Below are positions 56,983-64,000 of a stretch of 64,000 nucleotides of DNA, piece after piece. The stretch covers positions 318,739 through 382,738 of the forward strand of contig NZ_CBDCVM010000005.1 in assembly GCF_965223055.1 (NCBI RefSeq). Reading direction: 5' to 3'. How positions within the stretch are numbered: position 1 is the first letter of the stretch; the number at the start of each line of letters is the position of its first letter. A program made the position numbers and the translations under genes. Source of the DNA: Reichenbachiella sp. (GTDB lineage Bacteria > Bacteroidota > Bacteroidia > Cytophagales > Cyclobacteriaceae). The notes under the pieces were generated by a model that was not told the origin of the DNA, did not search any database, and was given only the letters and a program-made list of their open reading frames with translations.

Positions 56983-59565
56983 GTGGAAATTCATCCTCCC
57001 AAATGGGCTGATCGCTTTTTAGAGTGGTACTGTGATCCAGATCTTCTTGAAGAGATTCAGGGTGATTCGCAGGAGCTCTTCTATCGCAGAGTCGATGAAG
57101 AAGGTGAAAATGCCGCTAGGAGAAAATATGCATGGGATGTGATTCGTTTTTTCCGGCTTTCCAATTTAAAGTCAAACAAACTCAAAATAAACTCACTCAT
57201 TATGTTTAACAGTTATTTAAAAATCGGATTCAGAAACCTGGCCAAAAACTGGGGTATTTCTTTTATCAACATATTTGGATTATCTCTAGCCATCGGCTGT
57301 GCGATTACCATTTTTCTATTTATGGACATGATGCTCCATATGGATCAGTTTCATTCTAAGAAGGATCGAATTTATAATTTGATCAATCACGTTCAACATG
57401 AATCCGGAACCGAACTTTGGGGTGCCAATCCAATCTTATTGGCAGAAGAGCTAAAAGCCAATAGTGCTGCAGTCAGCAATACTATGAGAATGGAATTTAA
57501 TAGCGGAAATGTGAGATATGGTGATAAGGTTTTTGCCGAAAGGCTCTCATATACTGATCCTAGTTTTTTGGAGATGTTCGATTTCCAATTGAGCGCTGGG
57601 TCGAAAAGGACACTGGACGACAAGCATTCCATGCTCATCAGTCATGACTACGCGGTTAAATATTTTGGCGATGAAGATCCGTTAGGAAAAACACTCACAG
57701 TGAGATTACCGGGGGATCAGATGCAATCATTTACCATCGGTGGAGTTCTAGAAAAGTACCCTTCCAATGCCAGTTTCAAGTTTAGATTGATCGTGCCTAT
57801 CTCCAATTGGTTTGACATCAAAGGAAATGAAAATCCAGGATGGGATTATCTGACCAATTCTACATTTATTGAGTTGGCGCCAGGCCACCACCCTTCTGAA
57901 CTCGATGAACTACTGGCCGAATATGTAGAAAGGCATAACACGCAAGCAGCGAATTGGGCCATCCAGAAGTTTGAAATGTTGCCGCTAGACCAATTGTCTT
58001 TAAGAGATTTTGAAATCAGAAGTAGTGTTTCCCAAGGGGGTCATCCAGCGGGTCGATTGGCATTGTCAGCCATTGCTGCCATGCTGCTGATCCTAGCCTG
58101 TTTCAATTATATGAACATTGCTGTGGCTTCAGCTACCAAGAGATTAAAAGAGATTGCGATGCGAAAAGTAATGGGAGGCAACAGGAGCAATATTATTTAT
58201 CAGTTTCTTACCGAAAATTTCATTCTCTGTTTGTTGGCTTTAGTCGCTGGGGTTTTGCTCAGCTACTTTTTCTTCTTACCCGGATTGAATTCTCTATTTC
58301 CAGTTTCAATACCTTTTTCTTTTTCATCATTTCAGGTGGCAGTCATCTTCTTCGGTGGCTTATTATTGGTGATTGGTTTGGCTTCGGGCTCTTATCCGGC
58401 TTTTTATATCTCTAAATTTCAGCCTGTATCTATACTAAAGGGAAATCAAAAACTGGGCAGCAAAAACTGGTTTAGTAAGATCTTATTAACTCTTCAATTG
58501 ATCCTGGCATTTATGATGGTGGTTGGTTGTTTTGTTTTTACCGACAATGCTATTCATGTAAACCAAAAAGACTGGGGCTACAAGGCCAATGGTGTTTTTT
58601 CGATCATGGTAAATGACCAAAGTCACTTCCAATCTTTGCGTCAGGCTGCTGAGGCCATTCCAGATATAGAGGCTTATGCCGAAGGCAAAGGTCATTTAGG
58701 ACGAACCAATTGGCTTACTAGAGTAGATGTCCTGGATGTTCAGCTCAAAACTTTGCATTATGAAGGGACGCCAAACTATCTTGAAACAATGAATCTGAGA
58801 TTGGTTCAGGGAAGGTTATTTGATCAGGAGGCGACCTATCCATCCAATTTTGCCGTGATCAATGAGAAGTTTGCCGAGAAGTTGGGATGGGATGAGCCAT
58901 TGGATAAGCAGTTCACACATGATAGTACGGACTATTATGTGATTGGGGTTGTCGAAAATTTCTACACCAACAATTTTCATGATGAAACCAGTCCCGCCTT
59001 TTTCAATATTGGTCAGGATGAAAGTTATAAATATTTTGTAGTTAAGACCACCGAGGAAAAACTTTTTGATGTAGATGATCAATTGCACGCTGCCTGGTTC
59101 GAATTTGCTCCCAATGATCCTTACAATAGAGAGTTTCAACGATTCACTTTTGATGATTTTTACAGAGAAAATAAAGGTAATGTGACGCTGATTAGTACGA
59201 TATCTGCTTTTGCCATGATCCTCGCATGTTTAGGGTTGTTTGGTCTGCTGAGCTTCAACTTGCAACGAAGAATGAAAGAATTTGGAGTTAGAAAGGTGTT
59301 GGGCGCCAGTAGATTATCAATTATTAACCAAGCCAATAAAGAGTACATATGGATCATGCTTGTTGCCTTTCTTGTAGGTGCTCCGCTAGGGACTGCCCTG
59401 ATTAGTCAGTTGCTTCAGGTCATTTATCCTGATTCCAATAGTTTTAGCGCTACTCCAATTGTCTTGTCGGTGGTTATTATAGTCACGACAGTGGCAGCAA
59501 CCATTACTGGTCAGTTGCTGCATGCCACTAAAGTTAATCCAACAGAAGTACTCAGATCAGAATAA
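56983..59565 (+). CDS. Duplicated MacB/FtsX-type ABC permease (ADOP-like) with permease-prefix domain
   Basis: PPKWADRFLEWYC prefix, INIFGLSLAI, KEIAMRKVMG, KEFGVRKVLGAS; no ATPase gene adjacent. Confidence 0.88.
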   Translation: MEIHPPKWADRFLEWYCDPDLLEEIQGDSQELFYRRVDEEGENAARRKYAWDVIRFFRLSNLKSNKLKINSLIMFNSYLKIGFRNLAKNWGISFINIFGLSLAIGCAITIFLFMDMMLHMDQFHSKKDRIYNLINHVQHESGTELWGANPILLAEELKANSAAVSNTMRMEFNSGNVRYGDKVFAERLSYTDPSFLEMFDFQLSAGSKRTLDDKHSMLISHDYAVKYFGDEDPLGKTLTVRLPGDQMQSFTIGGVLEKYPSNASFKFRLIVPISNWFDIKGNENPGWDYLTNSTFIELAPGHHPSELDELLAEYVERHNTQAANWAIQKFEMLPLDQLSLRDFEIRSSVSQGGHPAGRLALSAIAAMLLILACFNYMNIAVASATKRLKEIAMRKVMGGNRSNIIYQFLTENFILCLLALVAGVLLSYFFFLPGLNSLFPVSIPFSFSSFQVAVIFFGGLLLVIGLASGSYPAFYISKFQPVSILKGNQKLGSKNWFSKILLTLQLILAFMMVVGCFVFTDNAIHVNQKDWGYKANGVFSIMVNDQSHFQSLRQAAEAIPDIEAYAEGKGHLGRTNWLTRVDVLDVQLKTLHYEGTPNYLETMNLRLVQGRLFDQEATYPSNFAVINEKFAEKLGWDEPLDKQFTHDSTDYYVIGVVENFYTNNFHDETSPAFFNIGQDESYKYFVVKTTEEKLFDVDDQLHAAWFEFAPNDPYNREFQRFTFDDFYRENKGNVTLISTISAFAMILACLGLFGLLSFNLQRRMKEFGVRKVLGASRLSIINQANKEYIWIMLVAFLVGAPLGTALISQLLQVIYPDSNSFSATPIVLSVVIIVTTVAATITGQLLHATKVNPTEVLRSE

Positions 59566-59571
59566 TCAAAA

Positions 59572-59593
59572 AAGGCCAGCAACTGCTGGCCTT
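59572..59593. terminator. Intrinsic terminator between convergent genes
   Basis: AAGGCCAGCA-AC-TGCTGGCCTT. Confidence 0.75.
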
Positions 59594-59620
59594 CCAAACA
59601 TATCCAAAATTGGAATTTTC

Positions 59621-60748
59621 TTATGATCCGTAGGCACTTGTGTCTACTCCCATTTCTTTCAACAGCTTAATTGAATTAGCCTTAACATTGGCTGCTGGAT
59701 TTAGAGAAAGAGACTTTTTCAAGTTCTTGATTGCATTTTTGTTGTCTCCTTTCGTCTTGTAGGCCTCGCCTAAACTATCCCAGCAGTTCGCATTTTTAGG
59801 ATTTCTTTTGGCATTCAAGGTGAAGTATTCGATCGCTTTATCGTACTTCTGTTGTCCTAGCATTTGATAGCCTAAGAAATTAAGTTGTCCTACATTGGCG
59901 ATGGCTACTGATTCATCCATGATGGCTTGCGCTTCAGTGGTTTTACCCATGGCGGTCAGCAACTGCCCTTTGGTAGACAGGTTGTTGAAATTTTTTGTGT
60001 TAGCAATAGATTGATCTACCCAAATGAGTCCTTGCTCTAGCTCTACATTGTTTTGTGCACAATAGTTTGCCGCCTGGTTAAGTCCTTGCCAGCCAAAGCC
60101 TGGGATTGATCTTAACTCATCTTTGAAGTTAGCAATCACAATGCTGTGCACGTCGTATTCCACTTTGAACGGAATGGCTTTCTTTTCCCATTTCAAGGCT
60201 ACGGTTGCACTGGAATTATCCATGTTTATCACATCGTATGTCAACACCTCTGTGTGTGCAACATCCATCGTTTGGACATCTACTCTCAAAGCATCTTCAG
60301 CTTCTTTGTAGTAGAAACTTCCCCAAGAAGAGGAATTATTAGAAAAAATGACGGTGGCTTTTCCATCCTCATAAACCGCCATGTGCAGGCCGTAAGTGCC
60401 GGCTGCCAAATCTTTACCTTCGATTTTCACATCATCAGAGAAAGTGATAATGGTATTCTCATTTGCTCCGGCTCTCCATGGAATATTACTTCCATCAACA
60501 AATGTAGTAGCTTCAAATCCCCAAGGGATCAATGTGCCCCAGATGTTTCCTGTCCGATCATTTCCCCTGAGTGTAACTCTAGGTCTTGAATATTTGATGT
60601 TTACTGTAGAGATTCCGATGGTCTGGGTCATCTCACTGGCTGGAACAACCGCTCTTGGCGTGGTTACGTTTTGGGCACTTACCTCCCAACACAGTAGTGC
60701 GACGATCGCAACTGCTAAAAGTGCTTTCATGTTATTTTTTGTCTTCAT
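59621..60748 (-). CDS. DUF2911 domain protein with C-terminal TPRs
   Basis: Signal peptide, YSRP, IWGTLIPW, WRAGANENT, NCWDSLGEAY. Confidence 0.88.
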   Translation of the reverse strand: MKTKNNMKALLAVAIVALLCWEVSAQNVTTPRAVVPASEMTQTIGISTVNIKYSRPRVTLRGNDRTGNIWGTLIPWGFEATTFVDGSNIPWRAGANENTIITFSDDVKIEGKDLAAGTYGLHMAVYEDGKATVIFSNNSSSWGSFYYKEAEDALRVDVQTMDVAHTEVLTYDVINMDNSSATVALKWEKKAIPFKVEYDVHSIVIANFKDELRSIPGFGWQGLNQAANYCAQNNVELEQGLIWVDQSIANTKNFNNLSTKGQLLTAMGKTTEAQAIMDESVAIANVGQLNFLGYQMLGQQKYDKAIEYFTLNAKRNPKNANCWDSLGEAYKTKGDNKNAIKNLKKSLSLNPAANVKANSIKLLKEMGVDTSAYGS

Positions 60749-61008
60749 AATATAATTGGTTATGGTATTTGAATTTTTAACAAGTAGTTAAACGTGTATC
60801 CTGTATGTGAGAGGAGATTTTGTGATAGGCGGTAAATTCCGTGATGAAAGGTTAAAACGAGATGATGGCAGGGGAGAAAAAAAGCCCTTAATTGAGCGGA
60901 TTAGAAGTTTTTGATGATACCCTTACTGTTAGTCTGACCTTTTTGATTGTTGGTTGTACATATTTGGATGTGAATGGCTTAATTTTAATTAAATACAAAA
61001 AACCAAAT

Positions 61009-61452
61009 ATGCAGAGTACAGCGACATCAGTTCAAGAATACCTCGAGTCTCTTCCGGAAGATCGAAAAAAGGCAATTGAAGAAGTGAGAGCAGTTATTCT
61101 GAAGCATTTACCTAAAGGTATAGTTGAAACCATGAATTGGGGTATGATAAGTTACGAGGTGCCGTTAGAAGTATATCCAGATACCTACAACAAAAAACCA
61201 CTCATGTTTGCTGCCTTAGCTTCCCAGAAAAACCACATGGCTGTTTATCTCAGTGGGATCTATTGTGATCCAGCCTTACGAGAAAAATTTGAAAACGACT
61301 ACAAAGCCAGTGGCAAGAAGATGGATATGGGAAAGAGTTGTGTTCGCTTCAAGAAATTAGAAAATCTTCCTTTGGATGTCATTGGATGGGCCATAGGTGC
61401 AGCCGATATGGAAACCTTTATTTTATTTGCCAAGGAGAATAGGAGAAAGTAG
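61009..61452 (+). CDS. DUF1801 (YdhG-like) protein
   Basis: Start moved to ATG 61009; ETMNWGMISY, ALASQKNHMAVY, DMGKSCVRFKK. Confidence 0.85.
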   Translation: MQSTATSVQEYLESLPEDRKKAIEEVRAVILKHLPKGIVETMNWGMISYEVPLEVYPDTYNKKPLMFAALASQKNHMAVYLSGIYCDPALREKFENDYKASGKKMDMGKSCVRFKKLENLPLDVIGWAIGAADMETFILFAKENRRK

Positions 61453-61689
61453 TTAAGCGACTAGAATTTTTTAAATCTATTGTGGGGGTAAAATTCATTT
61501 TGGTTTTCCTGAATCTGGAAAACGATAAATTTTTCTAAAAAAAGGTAACCTCTTTGACGTAAAAGCTGTCTTTCTCTATGAAAACTCTACACATCAAAAA
61601 GAAATAACCAGTAATTACGTGAATTGGAATTTATAATCGTCTTCCAAAAGGTTAATAAAACTAAAGCATAAAAACTTACGCTAAACTCA

Positions 61690-64000
61690 ATGAACAAATT
61701 TCTATTGGCCAAACTTTTGGTTTGCCTGGCTTTTTACTCGCAGGCACAAAACACCATCAGCGGCTATGTAAAAGATGCAAGTAATGGAGAAACTTTGATC
61801 GGAGCCACAGTGCTTATCAAAGGCAGTTCTCAAGGAGTAATCACCAATGTGTATGGATTTTATTCCATTACACTCCCAGAAGGTGAATATGAAGTAGAAT
61901 ATCGATACATCGGTTTTCAACCTATTGCTCAGACCGTTGATTTGTCTGAAAATAGAAGGATAGATGTAGAATTGCTTTCGGACAGTCAACAACTCGAGGA
62001 GGTAGTGATATCTGCCGAACCCGAAGATGTCAATGTATCAGGTATTCAGATGTCGACCAACAAGCTGGATATAGAGACCATCACTAAAATCCCATCATTT
62101 ATGGGTGAAGCTGATGTGTTAAGAAGTATCCAAATGGTGCCGGGTGTAGCTACCGTAGGAGAAGGTGCGTCAGGATTCAATGTAAGAGGAGGAAGTGTTG
62201 GACAGAACATGGTTTTGCTCGATGAAGCTCCGGTCTACAACTCTTCACACCTTTTAGGTTTCTTTTCAGTTTTTAATCCAGACGCGGTAAAAGATGTCAA
62301 CCTGATCAAAGGAGGAATACCGGCTAGATATGGAGGTCGGATTTCGTCTGTACTTGATATCAGGATGAAAGAAGGAAACAGTAAGGAGTTTGCGGCACAA
62401 GGTGGAATAGGAACCATCTTCAGCCGAGTGGCAGTGGAAGCGCCAATCGTGAAGGACAAAGCGTCATTTATCATAGCAGCCCGGAGGTCATACATAGATG
62501 TTTTTGCAAAATTGTTTACCGATGCGCTGGACGATGGTGCTGCCTTAAACTTTTATGATTTGACCATGAAGACCAATTGGAATATAAACGAAAAGAACCG
62601 TATCTTTTTATCTGGATATTTTGGACGTGACAACTTTAAGTTTGATGCCAATCAAGGGTTTAATTGGGGTAATAAGACAGCAACATTGAGGTGGAACCAC
62701 ATTTTCACGGACCGAATATTTGCCAACTTTACTGCCTTTTTTAGTGATTATGATTACGTATTGGCTTTTGGTGAAGACGAAATGGACCAGTTTGACTGGA
62801 ACTCAAGGATTATGAATTATGATTTCAAACCAGAGTTCACCTACTTCGTCAATCCAAACAATGAAGTATCATTTGGCGGGGAGTTATTGTTTCTTCAGTT
62901 CGAACCAGCGAATGCAGTGGGTGTAAGTAATGGTGAATCAAGAGACATCAGCTTACCAACTAAAAATGCGTTAGAATCAGCGCTGTACATTTCCAATGAC
63001 CAAAAAATCGGTCAAAATATCCAGCTTCAATACGGACTTAGATATTCGCACTTTAGTCTTTTGGGCTCTGGAGTTGCTTATACCTATGGAGATACTATTC
63101 CAGGTACCAGACGACCTGTGATAGGTGCAGAAGAATTTGATAGTAGAGAAACCATTCAAAGTTATGACAATTTTGAGCCCAGGTTTTCTGTAAAGTATCA
63201 ACTCAATAAATATAATTCATTCAAAGTCAGTTATAACAAAACGAGTCAATACCTACATCTGATATCTAATACAACAGCTTCGAATCCACTGGATGTGTGG
63301 ACGCCTAGTAGCAATAATATCAAACCGCAAATAGGTCGTCAGGTGGCTCTTGGTTGGTTTAGAAATTTCGGCCCAGACAATAATGTGGAATTTTCTGCGG
63401 AGGTGTATTATCGTAAAACAGAGAATCAAATTGATTATATCGATGGTGCAGATATATTGATCAACGAATACATTGAAGGAGACTTGCTAAGTGGCGATGG
63501 TCGTGCATATGGTTTGGAGCTTTATGCAAAAAAGAACACGGGAAGGCTGACTGGCTGGGTCAGTTATACTTTAGCAAAAACAGAGCTACAAACAGACGGG
63601 ATCAATACAGGAGAATGGTACCCTACAAGGTATGATCAAAGACACAATGTAAAACTAGCTGCATTTTATGATCTCAATGAGCGGTGGAGTCTTTCGACCA
63701 ACTTTACATTCCTGACAGGTACGCCTACTACATTTCCTACTTCGCGCTATCAAATGGGAGATTATGTAGTGCCTTATAATCATGGCGATGGACGAAATAA
63801 TTTTAGAATACCAGTTTATCATAGACTAGATATTTCAGCAACACTACAAGGCAAACGATATAAAAGAAACGGGGAGAGAAGGAAAAATGAAAGCTATTGG
63901 GTCTTTTCAGTATATAATCTTTACGGAAGGAAGAACCCGTTCTCCATATATTTCACACAGGACAATGACGTAAGGCCAGCACCTGGAGATTTGGTAAATA
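61690..64000 (+). CDS. TonB-dependent receptor, truncated by the window edge
   Basis: Not in the ORF track; manual translation MNKFLLAKLLVCLAFYSQAQNTISGYVKDASNGETLIGATV...LEEVVISA...NVRGGSVGQNMVLLDEAPVYNSSHLLGFFSVFN. Confidence 0.9.
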   Translation, partial: MNKFLLAKLLVCLAFYSQAQNTISGYVKDASNGETLIGATVLIKGSSQGVITNVYGFYSITLPEGEYEVEYRYIGFQPIAQTVDLSENRRIDVELLSDSQQLEEVVISAEPEDVNVSGIQMSTNKLDIETITKIPSFMGEADVLRSIQMVPGVATVGEGASGFNVRGGSVGQNMVLLDEAPVYNSSHLLGFFSVFNPDAVKDVNLIKGGIPARYGGRISSVLDIRMKEGNSKEFAAQGGIGTIFSRVAVEAPIVKDKASFIIAARRSYIDVFAKLFTDALDDGAALNFYDLTMKTNWNINEKNRIFLSGYFGRDNFKFDANQGFNWGNKTATLRWNHIFTDRIFANFTAFFSDYDYVLAFGEDEMDQFDWNSRIMNYDFKPEFTYFVNPNNEVSFGGELLFLQFEPANAVGVSNGESRDISLPTKNALESALYISNDQKIGQNIQLQYGLRYSHFSLLGSGVAYTYGDTIPGTRRPVIGAEEFDSRETIQSYDNFEPRFSVKYQLNKYNSFKVSYNKTSQYLHLISNTTASNPLDVWTPSSNNIKPQIGRQVALGWFRNFGPDNNVEFSAEVYYRKTENQIDYIDGADILINEYIEGDLLSGDGRAYGLELYAKKNTGRLTGWVSYTLAKTELQTDGINTGEWYPTRYDQRHNVKLAAFYDLNERWSLSTNFTFLTGTPTTFPTSRYQMGDYVVPYNHGDGRNNFRIPVYHRLDISATLQGKRYKRNGERRKNESYWVFSVYNLYGRKNPFSIYFTQDNDVRPAPGDLVN

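Noticed and set aside
1-64000. tRNA, rRNA, transposase or prophage genes
   Set aside because: No T-loop/cloverleaf, rRNA, DDE/Y1 transposase or phage structural signatures were seen by eye; tRNAscan-SE and Rfam scans would confirm.

Overview
A 64-kb chromosomal window from a Bacteroidota bacterium, probably a marine member of the Cytophagales. The taxonomy is inferred from gldJ, a T9SS-type C-terminal domain, TAnnTTTG promoter elements and TonB-dependent receptors. The left part is core genome: fadN/MarR, mnmG, ybeY, comF and gldJ. It also looks origin-proximal, with a 380-bp AT-rich intergenic cluster of DnaA boxes (candidate oriC, 3196-3577) and parS sites next to mnmG. A sortilin/BNR-type T9SS cargo gene is split by a one-base frameshift in an A6 run. 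Between fabF and rnr (about 28.3-33.2 kb) lies an accessory stretch of small stress/detox genes punctuated by three different REP-like palindrome doublets and a duplicated araC 3' tail. A highly self-complementary region of about 330 nt precedes a globin gene, and an unannotated 26-aa hydrophobic ORF follows it. The rest is housekeeping or envelope genes (rnr, polyprenyl synthase, S9 and M24 peptidases, uvrA, namZ-like, fused trehalose-6-P synthase/phosphatase, PadR plus permease, TonB receptors). I saw no tRNA, rRNA, CRISPR array, transposase or integrase. All calls come from reading the sequence; no database search was run.
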